Shown here: positions 32,135-44,159 of the stretch, piece by piece | How positions within the stretch are numbered: the stretch's first letter is position 1 | Layout of the letters: every line of letters starts with the position of its first letter | Assembly: GCF_050920415.1 (NCBI RefSeq) | Contig: NZ_CP169309.1 | DNA length: 64,000 nucleotides | Reading direction: 5' to 3' (one strand) | From: Escherichia coli | GTDB taxonomy: Bacteria > Pseudomonadota > Gammaproteobacteria > Enterobacterales > Enterobacteriaceae | The notes under the pieces: generated by a model | What the model was told of the DNA's origin: nothing | Database searches by the model: none | What the model saw: only the letters and a program-made list of their open reading frames with translations | Position numbers and translations under genes: made by a program

Positions 32135-33348
32135 ATATTCTGCAATTTAATGTGCGACTGGCGGAAGGCGGGGCGGCAGGTGTGGCGTTAGATCTCCACC
32201 AGCGCGCGCTGCAACAGGGGCTGGCGTCACATTTTGTCTACGGCTACGGCAAAGGTGGCAAAGAGAGCGTCAGCCATCAGAACTATCCGCAGGTCATCAA
32301 ACATACGCCGCGGATGACCGCGATGGCGAACATTGCCCTGTTTCGTCTGTTTAATCGCGATCTGTTCGGCAATTTCAATGAGTTATATCGCACCATTACT
32401 CGCACACCGGGACCGGTAGTCCTGCATTTTCATGTGCTGCACAGCTACTGGTTGAATCTTAAGAGCGTGGTGCGCTTTTGCGAAAAGGTGAAAAACCACA
32501 AACCGGATGTCACTTTGGTCTGGACACTGCACGATCACTGGAGCGTTACCGGACGCTGTGCTTTTACCGACGGTTGCGAAGGCTGGAAAACGGGCTGCCA
32601 GAAATGCCCGACCTTAAATAACTATCCGCCGGTGAAGATTGATCGCGCGCACCAGCTGGTGGCGGGCAAACGGCAGTTATTTCGCGAGATGCTGGCGCTG
32701 GGCTGTCAGTTTATTTCCCCCAGCCAGCATGTGGCTGATGCTTTCAATAGTCTGTACGGTCCAGGGCGTTGCCGGATTATCAATAATGGCATTGATATGG
32801 CAACCGAAGCGATTCTGGCAGACTTGCCTCCGGTGCGCGAAACCCAGGGCAAGCCGAAAATCGCGGTGGTGGCGCATGACCTGCGTTACGACGGCAAAAC
32901 TAACCAGCAACTGGTGCGCGAGATGATGGCGCTGGGTGACAAAATCGAACTGCATACCTTTGGTAAGTTTTCGCCGTTCACCGCTGGTAACGTGGTTAAT
33001 CACGGCTTTGAAACTGACAAGCGCAAGTTGATGAGCGCGCTTAATCAGATGGATGCGCTGGTGTTCAGTTCTCGCGTCGATAACTACCCGCTGATTTTGT
33101 GTGAGGCGTTATCAATTGGTGTGCCGGTGATTGCCACCCATAGCGATGCGGCGCGGGAAGTGCTGCAAAAATCCGGCGGTAAAACCGTCAGCGAAGAAGA
33201 CGTGCTGAAACTGGTGCAGTTAAGCAAACCGGAAATCGCGCAGGCGATATTTGGTACCACGCTGGCTGAGTTCAGCCAACGCAGCCGCGCCGCCTACAGT
33301 GGACAACAGATGCTGGAGGAGTATGTCAACTTCTATCAGAATCTGTAG
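32131..33348 (+). CDS. wcaC: Colanic acid glycosyltransferase WcaC (GT1/GT4)
   Basis: 405 aa; position. Confidence 0.88.
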   Translation: MNILQFNVRLAEGGAAGVALDLHQRALQQGLASHFVYGYGKGGKESVSHQNYPQVIKHTPRMTAMANIALFRLFNRDLFGNFNELYRTITRTPGPVVLHFHVLHSYWLNLKSVVRFCEKVKNHKPDVTLVWTLHDHWSVTGRCAFTDGCEGWKTGCQKCPTLNNYPPVKIDRAHQLVAGKRQLFREMLALGCQFISPSQHVADAFNSLYGPGRCRIINNGIDMATEAILADLPPVRETQGKPKIAVVAHDLRYDGKTNQQLVREMMALGDKIELHTFGKFSPFTAGNVVNHGFETDKRKLMSALNQMDALVFSSRVDNYPLILCEALSIGVPVIATHSDAAREVLQKSGGKTVSEEDVLKLVQLSKPEIAQAIFGTTLAEFSQRSRAAYSGQQMLEEYVNFYQNL

Positions 33349-34543
33349 CTACCTGCTGCTGCCGCTGATTTACCTGCTGGTTAACGTCAAAATTGCCCAG
33401 CTTGGTGAAAGTTTCCCCATCACCATCGTCACTTTTTTACCTGTCTTGTTACTGCTGTTTTTAGAGCGCATCAGCGTTAAAAAATTGATGATTGCCTTAG
33501 GGATTGGTGCGGGACTCACGGCGTTTAACTACTTGTTTGGTCAGTCGTTGGATGCCAGTAAATACGTCACTTCAACCATGCTGTTTGTCTATATTGTGAT
33601 CATTATTGGCATGGTGTGGAGTATTCGCTTTAAAACGATTTCGCCACACAACCATCGCAAGATATTACGTTTCTTTTATCTGGTGGTGGGGCTGGTGGTG
33701 GCGCTGGCGGCGGTGGAGATGGCGCAAATTATCCTCACTGGCGGCAGCAGTATTATGGAGTCGATTTCGAAATATCTGATTTACAGCAACAGCTATGTGC
33801 TGAATTTCATTAAATTCGGCGGCAAGCGCACAACAGCACTTTATTTCGAACCGGCATTTTTCGCTCTGGCATTAATCTCAATTTGGCTCAGCATCAAACA
33901 GTTTGGTATCAAAACGCCTAAAACCGATGCTATGATTCTCGCAGGGATAATATTATCCGGATCGTTTTCAGGGGTTATGACCTTTATCCTGTTTTATTTG
34001 TTGGAGTGGGCGTTTCAATATCTGAACAAAGAGGCGATTAAGAAAAAGTTACCGTTAGCATTGATTTCTCTGGCTGTATTCCTGGTTGGTGTGGTAATCG
34101 CGTTTCCTTATATTTCCACCCGCTTGGGCGATTTAGGTACGGAAGGATCGTCATCGTATTATCGTATTGTCGGTCCACTGGTGATGGTCGGTTATTCTTT
34201 GAGCCATATTGACGGTGTAGTCAGATTTGGCTCACTTTATGAATATGTCGCATCATTCGGAATATTTAACGGTGCGGATGTCGGAAAAACCATAGACAAT
34301 GGTTTGTATCTGCTGATTATTTATTTTTCCTGGTTCGCAGTGCTTTTATCACTGTGGTACATGGGGAAAGTGATAAAAATGATGATCAACGCTTTTGGTG
34401 ATAATCGCAATTTTCGTGTGCAGCTCTATCTTTTTACTCCGGTGTCGCTGTTTTTTACCGGTTCGATATTTAGCCCGGAATATGCATTTTTAATCGTCTG
34501 TCCGTTTATTTTGCGAAAAGCGTTAAATATACACCCTAAATAA
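33323..34543 (+). CDS. wcaD: Colanic acid polymerase WcaD
   Basis: ORF track frame starts at 33251 inside wcaC; the likely start is ATG at 33323 (MSTSIRICSYLLLPLIYLL...); polytopic membrane protein. Confidence 0.85.
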   Translation: MSTSIRICSYLLLPLIYLLVNVKIAQLGESFPITIVTFLPVLLLLFLERISVKKLMIALGIGAGLTAFNYLFGQSLDASKYVTSTMLFVYIVIIIGMVWSIRFKTISPHNHRKILRFFYLVVGLVVALAAVEMAQIILTGGSSIMESISKYLIYSNSYVLNFIKFGGKRTTALYFEPAFFALALISIWLSIKQFGIKTPKTDAMILAGIILSGSFSGVMTFILFYLLEWAFQYLNKEAIKKKLPLALISLAVFLVGVVIAFPYISTRLGDLGTEGSSSYYRIVGPLVMVGYSLSHIDGVVRFGSLYEYVASFGIFNGADVGKTIDNGLYLLIIYFSWFAVLLSLWYMGKVIKMMINAFGDNRNFRVQLYLFTPVSLFFTGSIFSPEYAFLIVCPFILRKALNIHPK

Positions 34544-34547
34544 TTCG

Positions 34548-34665
<118 letters not shown>

Positions 34666-34669
34666 GAAC

Positions 34670-35416
34670 ATGTTGCTTAGCATAATCACCGTTGCGTTTC
34701 GTAACCTCGAAGGGATAGTCAAAACACACGCCTCGCTGGCGCATCTGGCGCAGGCTGACGATATCAGCTTCGAATGGATTGTTGTCGATGGCGGTTCCAA
34801 TGACGGCACCGGTGAGTATCTGGAAAATCTCAATGGTATCTATAACCTACGCTTTGTCAGTGAACCAGATAAGGGCATCTACGACGCCATGAACAAAGGC
34901 ATTGCGATGGCACAAGGCAAGTTTGCGCTGTTTCTCAACTCGGGCGATATTTTTCATCAGGATGCCGCAAATTTTGTCCGTAGGTTAAAAATGCAAAAAG
35001 ATAACGTGATGATCACCGGCGATGCGCTGCTGGATTTTGGCGACGGGCATAAAATTAAACGTCGCGCCAAACCTGGCTGGTATATTTATCACAGCCTGCC
35101 CGCCAGCCATCAGGCGATATTTTTCCCGGTATCCGGCTTGAAAAAATGGCGTTATGACCTGGAATATAAAGTTTCTTCCGATTATGCGCTGGCGGCCAAA
35201 ATGTATAAAGCCGGTTATGCATTTAAAAAACTCAATGGCCTGGTGTCTGAATTTTCTATGGGTGGGGTATCTACCACCAATAATATGGAATTGTGTGCTG
35301 ACGCGAAAAAAGTCCAACGACAAATATTACATGTGCCTGGCTTCTGGGCTGAATTATCCTGGCATTTACGCCAGCGCACGACGGGTAAGACCAAAGCCTT
35401 ATATAACAAAGTCTGA
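34670..35416 (+). CDS. wcaE: Colanic acid glycosyltransferase WcaE (GT2)
   Basis: 248 aa; position. Confidence 0.88.
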   Translation: MLLSIITVAFRNLEGIVKTHASLAHLAQADDISFEWIVVDGGSNDGTGEYLENLNGIYNLRFVSEPDKGIYDAMNKGIAMAQGKFALFLNSGDIFHQDAANFVRRLKMQKDNVMITGDALLDFGDGHKIKRRAKPGWYIYHSLPASHQAIFFPVSGLKKWRYDLEYKVSSDYALAAKMYKAGYAFKKLNGLVSEFSMGGVSTTNNMELCADAKKVQRQILHVPGFWAELSWHLRQRTTGKTKALYNKV

Positions 35417-35431
35417 ATATAAGGAATACCA

Positions 35432-35980
35432 ATGCAAGATTTAAGCGGTTTCTCGGTGCCGAAAGGGTTCCGGGGCGGCAACTCTATTAAAGTGCAATTG
35501 TGGTGGGCAGTACAGGCAACATTATTTGCCTGGTCGCCACAAGTATTGTATCGCTGGCGGGCATTTTTATTACGTTTATTCGGCGCAAAAATAGGAAAAA
35601 ACGTAGTTATTCGTCCGTCAGTAAAAATTACCTATCCGTGGAAATTAACCTTAGGTGATTACGCGTGGGTCGGCGATGACGTCAATTTATATACCCTCGG
35701 TGAAATAACCATTGGCGCACATTCGGTGATATCGCAAAAAAGTTATTTATGCACCGGGAGCCACGACCATGCAAGTCGACATTTCACCATAAACGCCACG
35801 CCCATTGTGATTGGCGAGAAATGCTGGCTGGCAACCGATGTTTTTGTTGCTCCTGGCGTCACGATCGGCGACGGCACCGTCGTGGGTGCGCGAAGCAGTG
35901 TTTTTAAATCGCTTCCGGCAAATAGAGTTTGCCGGGGGAATCCCGCAGTGGTGATACGCGAACGCGTTGAAACTGAATAA
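35432..35980 (+). CDS. wcaF: Colanic acid acetyltransferase WcaF (hexapeptide repeat)
   Basis: 182 aa; position. Confidence 0.88.
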   Translation: MQDLSGFSVPKGFRGGNSIKVQLWWAVQATLFAWSPQVLYRWRAFLLRLFGAKIGKNVVIRPSVKITYPWKLTLGDYAWVGDDVNLYTLGEITIGAHSVISQKSYLCTGSHDHASRHFTINATPIVIGEKCWLATDVFVAPGVTIGDGTVVGARSSVFKSLPANRVCRGNPAVVIRERVETE

Positions 35981-36006
35981 ATTCAAAAAATACAGAGGAA
36001 TAAGAC

Positions 36007-37128
36007 ATGTCAAAAGTCGCTCTCATCACCGGTGTAACCGGACAAGACGGTTCTTACCTGGCAGAGTTTCTGCTGGAAAAAGGTTACGAGGTGCATGGTA
36101 TTAAGCGTCGTGCATCGTCATTCAACACCGAGCGCGTGGATCACATTTATCAGGATCCGCATACCTGTAACCCGAAATTCCATCTGCATTATGGCGACCT
36201 GAGTGATACCTCCAACCTGACGCGTATTTTGCGTGAAGTGCAGCCGGATGAAGTGTACAACCTGGGCGCAATGAGCCACGTTGCGGTTTCTTTTGAGTCA
36301 CCGGAATATACCGCAGACGTTGATGCGATGGGCACACTGCGTCTGCTGGAGGCGATCCGCTTCCTTGGTCTGGAAAAGAAAACCCGTTTCTATCAGGCTT
36401 CCACTTCTGAACTGTACGGTCTGGTGCAGGAAATTCCGCAGAAAGAAACCACGCCGTTCTATCCGCGATCTCCATATGCGGTCGCCAAACTGTATGCCTA
36501 CTGGATCACCGTTAACTACCGCGAATCCTACGGCATGTACGCTTGTAACGGCATTCTCTTTAACCATGAATCCCCACGCCGTGGCGAAACCTTCGTGACC
36601 CGCAAAATCACCCGCGCAATCGCCAATATCGCTCAAGGGCTGGAGTCGTGCCTGTACCTCGGCAATATGGATTCCCTGCGTGACTGGGGCCACGCCAAAG
36701 ACTACGTAAAAATGCAGTGGATGATGCTGCAACAGGAACAACCGGAAGATTTCGTTATTGCCACCGGCGTTCAGTACTCCGTGCGTCAGTTCGTGGAAAT
36801 GGCGGCGGCACAACTGGGCATCAAACTGCGCTTTGAAGGCACGGGTGTTGAAGAGAAGGGCATTGTGGTTTCCGTCACCGGGCATGACGCGCCGGGCGTT
36901 AAACCGGGTGATGTGATTATCGCCGTTGACCCGCGCTACTTCCGTCCGGCTGAAGTTGAAACGCTGCTCGGTGACCCGACCAAAGCGCACGAAAAACTGG
37001 GCTGGAAACCGGAAATCACCCTCAGAGAGATGGTGTCTGAAATGGTGGCTAATGACCTCGAAGCGGCGAAAAAACACTCTCTGCTGAAATCTCACGGCTA
37101 CGACGTGGCGATCGCGCTGGAGTCATAA
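36007..37128 (+). CDS. gmd: GDP-mannose 4,6-dehydratase
   Basis: 373 aa; N-terminal [27 protein letters not shown] (Rossmann motif). Confidence 0.93.
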
Positions 37129-37130
37129 GC

Positions 37131-38096
37131 ATGAGTAAACAACGTATTTTTATCGCTGGCCATCGCGGGATGGTCGGTTCTGCCATCAAGCGACAGCTCG
37201 AACAGCGCGGTGATGTGGAACTGGTATTACGCACCCGCGACGAACTGAACCTGCTGGACAGCCGCGCGGTGCATGATTTCTTTGCCAGCGAGCGCATTGA
37301 CCAGGTCTATCTGGCGGCGGCGAAAGTGGGCGGGATTGTCGCCAACAACACGTATCCGGCGGATTTCATCTACCAGAATATGATGATTGAGAGCAACATC
37401 ATTCACGCTGCGCATCAGAACGACGTGAACAAACTGCTGTTTCTCGGATCGTCCTGCATCTACCCAAAACTGGCAAAACAGCCGATGGCAGAAGGCGAGC
37501 TGTTACAGGGCACGCTGGAGCCGACCAACGAGCCATACGCCATTGCCAAAATCGCCGGGATCAAACTGTGCGAATCTTACAACCGCCAGTATGGACGCGA
37601 TTACCGCTCTGTCATGCCGACCAACCTGTACGGGCTGCACGACAACTTCCATCCGAATAATTCGCATGTGATCCCCGCATTGCTGCGCCGCTTCCACGAG
37701 GCGACGGCACAGAATGCACCGGACGTGGTGGTATGGGGCAGCGGTACGCCGATGCGCGAATTTCTGCATGTCGATGATATGGCGGCGGCAAGCATTCATG
37801 TCATGGAGCTGGCGCACGAAGTCTGGCTGGAGAACACCCAGCCGATGCTGTCGCACATTAACGTCGGCACGGGTGTTGACTGCACTATCCGCGAGCTGGC
37901 GCAAACCATCGCCAAAGTGGTGGGTTACAAAGGCCGGGTGGTTTTTGATGCCAGTAAACCGGATGGCACACCGCGCAAACTGCTGGATGTGACGCGCCTG
38001 CATCAGCTTGGCTGGTATCACGAAATCTCACTGGAAGCGGGGCTTGCCAGCACTTACCAGTGGTTCCTTGAGAATCAAGACCGCTTTCGGGGGTAA
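37131..38096 (+). CDS. fcl: GDP-L-fucose synthase (GDP-4-keto-6-deoxymannose 3,5-epimerase/4-reductase)
   Basis: 321 aa; [14 protein letters not shown]... Confidence 0.93.
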   Translation: MSKQRIFIAGHRGMVGSAIKRQLEQRGDVELVLRTRDELNLLDSRAVHDFFASERIDQVYLAAAKVGGIVANNTYPADFIYQNMMIESNIIHAAHQNDVNKLLFLGSSCIYPKLAKQPMAEGELLQGTLEPTNEPYAIAKIAGIKLCESYNRQYGRDYRSVMPTNLYGLHDNFHPNNSHVIPALLRRFHEATAQNAPDVVVWGSGTPMREFLHVDDMAAASIHVMELAHEVWLENTQPMLSHINVGTGVDCTIRELAQTIAKVVGYKGRVVFDASKPDGTPRKLLDVTRLHQLGWYHEISLEAGLASTYQWFLENQDRFRG

Positions 38097-38578
38097 TGAT
38101 GTTTTTACGTCAGGAAGACTTTGCCACGGTAGTGCGCTCCACTCCGCTTGTCTCTCTCGACTTTATTGTCGAGAACAGCCGCGGCGAGTTTCTGCTTGGC
38201 AAAAGAACCAACCGCCCGGCACAGGGTTACTGGTTTGTGCCGGGAGGGCGCGTGCAGAAGGACGAAACGCTGGAAGCCGCATTTGAGCGGTTGACGATGG
38301 CGGAACTGGGGCTGCGTCTGCCGATAACAGCAGGCCAGTTTTACGGTGTCTGGCAGCACTTTTATGACGATAACTTCTCCGGCACGGATTTCACCACGCA
38401 CTATGTGGTGCTCGGTTTTCGCTTCAGAGTAGCGGAAGAAGAACTGTTACTGCCGGATGAGCAGCATGACGATTACCGCTGGCTGACGCCGGACGCACTG
38501 CTCGCCAGTGACAATGTTCACCCTAACAGCCGCGCCTATTTTCTCGCTGAGAAGCGTGCCGGAGTACCCGGATTATGA
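38096..38578 (+). CDS. gmm: GDP-mannose mannosyl hydrolase (Nudix)
   Basis: 160 aa; position between fcl and wcaI. Confidence 0.88.
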   Translation: MMFLRQEDFATVVRSTPLVSLDFIVENSRGEFLLGKRTNRPAQGYWFVPGGRVQKDETLEAAFERLTMAELGLRLPITAGQFYGVWQHFYDDNFSGTDFTTHYVVLGFRFRVAEEELLLPDEQHDDYRWLTPDALLASDNVHPNSRAYFLAEKRAGVPGL

Positions 38579-39798
38579 AAATACTGGTCTACGGCATTAA
38601 CTACTCGCCGGAGTTAACCGGCATCGGCAAATACACCGGCGAGATGGTGGAATGGCTTGCGGCACAAGGTCATGAGGTGCGGGTCATTACCGCACCGCCT
38701 TACTACCCGCAGTGGCAGGTGGGCGAGAACTATTCCGCCTGGCGGTACAAACGAGAAGAGGGGGCCGCCACGGTGTGGCGCTGCCCGCTGTACGTGCCAA
38801 AACAGCCGAGCACCCTGAAACGCCTGTTGCATCTCGGCAGTTTTGCCGTCAGCAGTTTTTTCCCGTTGATGGCGCAACGTCGCTGGAAGCCGGATCGCAT
38901 TATCGGCGTAGTGCCAACGCTGTTTTGCACGCCGGGAATGCGCCTGCTGGCGAAACTCTCTGGTGCGCGTACCGTGCTGCATATTCAGGATTACGAAGTA
39001 GATGCCATGCTGGGGCTGGGGCTTGCCGGAAAAGGCAAAGGCGGCAAAGTGGCACAGCTGGCGACAGCCTTCGAACGTAGCGGACTGCATAACGTCGATA
39101 ACGTCTCCACGATTTCGCGTTCGATGATGAATAAAGCCATCGAAAAAGGCGTGGCGGCAGAAAACGTCATCTTCTTCCCCAACTGGTCGGAAATCGCCCG
39201 TTTTCAATATGTTGCAGACGCCGATGTTGATGCCCTTCGTAACCAGCTTGGCCTGCCGGATAACAAAAAAATCATTCTTTACTCCGGCAATATTGGTGAA
39301 AAGCAGGGGCTGGAAAACGTTATTGAAGCTGCCGAACGCCTGCGCGATGAACCGCTGATTTTTGCCATTGTCGGGCAGGGCGGCGGCAAAGCGCGGCTGG
39401 AAAAAATGGCGCAGCAGCGCGGACTGCGCAATATGCAATTTTTCCCGCTGCAATCTTATGACGCCTTGCCTGCACTGCTGAAGATGGGCGACTGCCATCT
39501 GGTGGTGCAAAAACGCGGCGCGGCAGATGCCGTATTGCCGTCGAAACTGACCAATATTCTGGCGGTAGGCGGTAACGCGGTAATTACCGCAGAAGCTCAC
39601 ACAGAACTGGGGCAGCTTTGCGAAACCTTCCCAGGAATTGCGGTTTGCGTAGAACCGGAATCGGTCGAGGCGCTGGTGGCGGGGATTCGTCAGGCGCTCC
39701 TGCTACCCAAACACAACACGGTGGCACGTGAATATGCCGAACGCACGCTCGATAAAGAGAACGTGTTACGTCAATTTATACATGATATTCGGGGATAA
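38575..39798 (+). CDS. wcaI: Colanic acid glycosyltransferase WcaI
   Basis: 407 aa; position. Confidence 0.88.
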   Translation: MKILVYGINYSPELTGIGKYTGEMVEWLAAQGHEVRVITAPPYYPQWQVGENYSAWRYKREEGAATVWRCPLYVPKQPSTLKRLLHLGSFAVSSFFPLMAQRRWKPDRIIGVVPTLFCTPGMRLLAKLSGARTVLHIQDYEVDAMLGLGLAGKGKGGKVAQLATAFERSGLHNVDNVSTISRSMMNKAIEKGVAAENVIFFPNWSEIARFQYVADADVDALRNQLGLPDNKKIILYSGNIGEKQGLENVIEAAERLRDEPLIFAIVGQGGGKARLEKMAQQRGLRNMQFFPLQSYDALPALLKMGDCHLVVQKRGAADAVLPSKLTNILAVGGNAVITAEAHTELGQLCETFPGIAVCVEPESVEALVAGIRQALLLPKHNTVAREYAERTLDKENVLRQFIHDIRG

Positions 39799-39800
39799 TT

Positions 39801-41237
39801 ATGTCGCAGTCGAAACTCTATCCAGTTGTGATGGCAGGTGGCTCCGGTAGCCGCTTATGGCCGCTTTCCCGCGTACTTTATCCCAAGCAGTTTTTATGCC
39901 TGAAAGGCGATCTTACCATGCTGCAAACCACCATCTGCCGCCTGAACGGCGTGGAGTGCGAAAGCCCGGTGGTGATTTGCAATGAGCAGCACCGCTTTAT
40001 TGTCGCGGAACAGCTGCGTCAACTGAACAAACTCACCGAGAACATTATTCTCGAACCGGCAGGGCGTAACACTGCACCTGCCATTGCGTTGGCGGCGCTG
40101 GCGGCAAAACGTCATAGTCCGGACAGCGATCCGTTAATGTTGGTCCTGGCGGCAGATCATGTGATTGCCGACGAAGACGCGTTCCGCGCCGCCGTGCGTA
40201 ATGCCATGCCGTATGCCGAAGCGGGCAAGCTGGTGACCTTCGGCATTGTGCCGGATCTACCTGAAACCGGATATGGCTATATTCGTCGCGGTGAAGTGTC
40301 GGCGGGTGAGCAGGATACGGTGGCCTTTGAAGTGGCGCAGTTTGTCGAAAAACCGAATCTGGAAACCGCTCAGGCCTATGTGGCAAGCGGCGAATATTAC
40401 TGGAACAGCGGTATGTTCCTGTTCCGTGCCGGACGTTATCTCGAAGAACTGAAAAAATATCGCCCGGATATTCTCGACGCCTGCGAAAAAGCGATGAGCG
40501 CCGTCGATCCGGATCTCGATTTTATTCGTGTGGATGAAGAGGCGTTTCTTGCCTGCCCGGAAGAGTCGGTGGATTACGCGGTTATGGAACGTACGGCAGA
40601 TGCCGTTGTGGTACCGATGGATGCGGGGTGGAGCGATGTCGGTTCCTGGTCCTCTTTATGGGAGATCAGCGCCCACACCGCGGAAGGCAACGTTTGCCAC
40701 GGCGATGTGATTAATCACAAAACCGAAAACAGCTACGTGTATGCCGAATCTGGCCTGGTCACCACCGTCGGGGTGAAAGATCTGGTAGTGGTGCAGACCA
40801 AAGACGCGGTGCTGATTGCCGACCGTAACGCGGTGCAGGATGTGAAAAAAGTGGTCGAGCAGATCAAAGCCGATGGTCGCCATGAGCATCGGGTGCATCG
40901 CGAAGTGTATCGCCCGTGGGGCAAATATGACTCTATCGACGCGGGCGACCGCTACCAGGTGAAACGTATCACCGTGAAACCGGGCGAGGGCTTGTCGGTA
41001 CAAATGCACCATCACCGCGCGGAACACTGGGTAGTGGTCGCGGGAACGGCAAAAGTCACCATTGACGGTGATATCAAACTGCTTGGTGAAAACGAGTCCA
41101 TTTATATTCCGCTGGGGGCAAAACACTGCCTGGAAAACCCGGGGAAAATTCCCCTCGATTTAATTGAAGTGCGCTCCGGCTCTTATCTCGAAGAGGATGA
41201 TGTGGTGCGCTTCGCGGATCGCTACGGACGGGTGTAG
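39801..41237 (+). CDS. cpsB: Mannose-1-phosphate guanylyltransferase (ManC/CpsB)
   Basis: 478 aa; [14 protein letters not shown] nucleotidyltransferase motif; C-terminal cupin. Confidence 0.92.
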   Translation: MSQSKLYPVVMAGGSGSRLWPLSRVLYPKQFLCLKGDLTMLQTTICRLNGVECESPVVICNEQHRFIVAEQLRQLNKLTENIILEPAGRNTAPAIALAALAAKRHSPDSDPLMLVLAADHVIADEDAFRAAVRNAMPYAEAGKLVTFGIVPDLPETGYGYIRRGEVSAGEQDTVAFEVAQFVEKPNLETAQAYVASGEYYWNSGMFLFRAGRYLEELKKYRPDILDACEKAMSAVDPDLDFIRVDEEAFLACPEESVDYAVMERTADAVVVPMDAGWSDVGSWSSLWEISAHTAEGNVCHGDVINHKTENSYVYAESGLVTTVGVKDLVVVQTKDAVLIADRNAVQDVKKVVEQIKADGRHEHRVHREVYRPWGKYDSIDAGDRYQVKRITVKPGEGLSVQMHHHRAEHWVVVAGTAKVTIDGDIKLLGENESIYIPLGAKHCLENPGKIPLDLIEVRSGSYLEEDDVVRFADRYGRV

Positions 41238-41338
41238 TAGTTGAATAATCAACCGGAATAAATCTCCGGTAAATAATGACAAAAACAAAATTGGCCGTTT
41301 CGGTCAGGGCCAACTATTGCCTGAAAAAGGGTAACGAT

Positions 41339-42709
41339 ATGAAAAAATTAACCTGCTTTAAAGCCTATGATATTCGCGGAAAATTAGGCGAAGAACTGAA
41401 TGAAGATATCGCCTGGCGTATTGGGCGTGCCTATGGCGAATTTCTCAAACCGAAAACCATTGTTTTAGGCGGTGATGTCCGTCTCACCAGCGAAACCTTA
41501 AAACTGGCGCTGGCAAAAGGGTTACAGGATGCGGGCGTTGACGTGCTGGATATCGGCATGTCCGGCACCGAAGAGATCTATTTCGCCACGTTCCATCTCG
41601 GCGTGGATGGCGGCATCGAAGTTACCGCCAGCCATAATCCGATGGATTACAACGGCATGAAACTGGTGCGCGAAGGGGCTCGCCCGATCAGCGGTGATAC
41701 TGGACTGCGCGACGTCCAGCGTCTGGCAGAAGCCAACGATTTTCCTCCCGTCGATGAAACCAAACGCGGTCGCTATCAGCAAATCAACCTGCGCGACGCT
41801 TACGTTGATCATCTGTTCGGTTATATCAATGTCAAAAACCTTACGCCGCTCAAGCTGGTGATCAACTCCGGGAACGGCGCGGCGGGTCCGGTGGTGGACG
41901 CCATCGAAGCCCGCTTTAAAGCCCTCGGCGCACCCGTGGAATTGATCAAAGTACACAACACGCCGGACGGCAATTTCCCCAACGGTATTCCTAATCCATT
42001 GCTGCCGGAATGCCGCGACGATACCCGCAATGCGGTCATTAAACACGGCGCGGATATGGGTATTGCTTTTGATGGCGATTTTGACCGCTGTTTCCTGTTT
42101 GACGAAAAAGGACAGTTTATCGAGGGCTACTACATTGTCGGCCTGCTGGCAGAAGCGTTCCTCGAAAAAAATCCCGGCGCGAAGATCATCCACGATCCGC
42201 GTCTTTCCTGGAACACCGTTGATGTAGTGACTGCCGCAGGCGGCACCCCGGTGATGTCAAAAACCGGACACGCCTTTATTAAAGAACGTATGCGCAAGGA
42301 AGACGCCATCTACGGTGGCGAAATGAGCGCCCACCATTACTTCCGTGATTTCGCTTACTGCGACAGCGGCATGATCCCGTGGCTGCTGGTCGCCGAACTG
42401 GTGTGCATGAAAGGGAAAACGCTGGGCGAACTGGTGCGCGACCGCATGGCGGCATTCCCGGCAAGCGGTGAGATCAACAGCAAACTGGCGCAACCCGTTG
42501 AGGCGATTAATCGCGTCGAACAGCATTTTAGCCGCGAGGCGCTGGCGGTGGATCGCACCGATGGCATCAGCATGACCTTTGCCGACTGGCGCTTTAATCT
42601 GCGCTCCTCCAACACCGAACCGGTGGTGCGCCTGAATGTGGAATCGCGCGGTGATGTGCCGCTGATGGAAGCGCGAACGCGAACTCTGCTGACGTTGCTG
42701 AACGAGTAA
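41339..42709 (+). CDS. cpsG: Phosphomannomutase (ManB/CpsG)
   Basis: ORF track frame starts at 41276; the likely start is ATG at 41339 ([14 protein letters not shown]...), 456 aa; active-site TASHNP. Confidence 0.92.
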   Translation: MKKLTCFKAYDIRGKLGEELNEDIAWRIGRAYGEFLKPKTIVLGGDVRLTSETLKLALAKGLQDAGVDVLDIGMSGTEEIYFATFHLGVDGGIEVTASHNPMDYNGMKLVREGARPISGDTGLRDVQRLAEANDFPPVDETKRGRYQQINLRDAYVDHLFGYINVKNLTPLKLVINSGNGAAGPVVDAIEARFKALGAPVELIKVHNTPDGNFPNGIPNPLLPECRDDTRNAVIKHGADMGIAFDGDFDRCFLFDEKGQFIEGYYIVGLLAEAFLEKNPGAKIIHDPRLSWNTVDVVTAAGGTPVMSKTGHAFIKERMRKEDAIYGGEMSAHHYFRDFAYCDSGMIPWLLVAELVCMKGKTLGELVRDRMAAFPASGEINSKLAQPVEAINRVEQHFSREALAVDRTDGISMTFADWRFNLRSSNTEPVVRLNVESRGDVPLMEARTRTLLTLLNE

Positions 42710-42763
42710 TGTCGGATCTTCCCTTACCCCATTGCGGGTAAGGGGCTAATAACAGGAACAACG

Positions 42764-44158
42764 ATGACAAATCTAAAAAAGCGCGAGCGAGCGAAAACCA
42801 ATGCATCGTTAATCTCTATGGTGCAACGCTTTTCAGATATCACCATCATGTTTGCCGGGCTATGGCTGGTTTGCGAAGTCAGCGGACTGTCATTCCTCTA
42901 CATGCACCTGTTGGTGGCGCTGATTACGCTGGTGGTGTTCCAGATGTTGGGCGGCATCACCGATTTTTATCGCTCATGGCGAGGTGTTCGGGCAACGACA
43001 GAATTTGCCCTGCTGCTGCAAAACTGGACCTTAAGCGTGATTTTTAGCGCCGGACTGGTGGCGTTCAACAATGATTTCGACACGCAACTGAAAATCTGGC
43101 TGGCGTGGTATGGGCTGACCAGCATCGGGTTGGTGGCGTGTCGTTCGTGTATTCGCATTGGTGCGGGCTGGTTGCGTAATCATGGCTATAACAAGCGTAT
43201 GGTTGCCGTAGCGGGGGATTTAGCTGCCGGGCAAATGCTGATGGAGAGCTTCCGTAATCAGCCGTGGTTAGGGTTTGAAGTGGTGGGCGTTTACCACGAC
43301 CCAAAACCGGGCGGCGTTTCTAACGACTGGGCGGGCAATCTGCAACAGCTGGTCGAGGATGCGAAAGCGGGCAAGATTCATAACGTCTATATCGCGATGC
43401 AAATGTGCGACGGCGCACGAGTGAAAAAACTGGTCCATCAACTGGCGGACACCACCTGTTCGGTGCTGCTGATCCCCGACGTCTTTACCTTCAACATTCT
43501 CCATTCACGCCTCGAAGAGATGAACGGCGTTCCGGTGGTGCCGCTGTACGACACGCCGCTTTCCGGGGTTAACCGCCTGATAAAACGTGCGGAAGACATT
43601 GTGCTGGCAACGCTGATCTTGCTGCTGATCTCCCCGGTGCTGTGCTGTATTGCGCTGGCGGTGAAACTCAGTTCACCAGGGCCGGTTATTTTCCGCCAGA
43701 CACGCTACGGCATGGATGGCAAGCCGATCAAAGTGTGGAAGTTCCGTTCCATGAAAGTGATGGAGAACGACAAAGTGGTGACCCAGGCGACGCAGAACGA
43801 TCCGCGCGTCACCAAAGTGGGGAACTTTCTGCGCCGCACCTCGCTGGATGAATTGCCGCAGTTTATCAATGTGCTGACTGGCGGGATGTCGATTGTGGGG
43901 CCACGTCCGCACGCCGTGGCGCATAACGAACAATATCGCCAGCTCATTGAAGGCTACATGCTGCGCCATAAGGTGAAACCGGGCATTACCGGCTGGGCGC
44001 AGATTAACGGCTGGCGCGGCGAAACCGACACGCTGGAGAAAATGGAAAAACGCGTCGAGTTCGACCTTGAGTACATCCGCGAATGGAGCGTCTGGTTCGA
44101 TATCAAAATCGTTTTCCTGACGGTATTCAAAGGCTTCGTTAACAAAGCGGCATATTGA
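42764..44158 (+). CDS. wcaJ: Undecaprenyl-phosphate glucose-1-phosphate transferase WcaJ (initiating transferase)
   Basis: 464 aa; N-terminal TM helices and C-terminal sugar-transferase domain (SIVGPRPHAV). Confidence 0.9.
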   Translation: MTNLKKRERAKTNASLISMVQRFSDITIMFAGLWLVCEVSGLSFLYMHLLVALITLVVFQMLGGITDFYRSWRGVRATTEFALLLQNWTLSVIFSAGLVAFNNDFDTQLKIWLAWYGLTSIGLVACRSCIRIGAGWLRNHGYNKRMVAVAGDLAAGQMLMESFRNQPWLGFEVVGVYHDPKPGGVSNDWAGNLQQLVEDAKAGKIHNVYIAMQMCDGARVKKLVHQLADTTCSVLLIPDVFTFNILHSRLEEMNGVPVVPLYDTPLSGVNRLIKRAEDIVLATLILLLISPVLCCIALAVKLSSPGPVIFRQTRYGMDGKPIKVWKFRSMKVMENDKVVTQATQNDPRVTKVGNFLRRTSLDELPQFINVLTGGMSIVGPRPHAVAHNEQYRQLIEGYMLRHKVKPGITGWAQINGWRGETDTLEKMEKRVEFDLEYIREWSVWFDIKIVFLTVFKGFVNKAAY

Positions 44159-44159
44159 T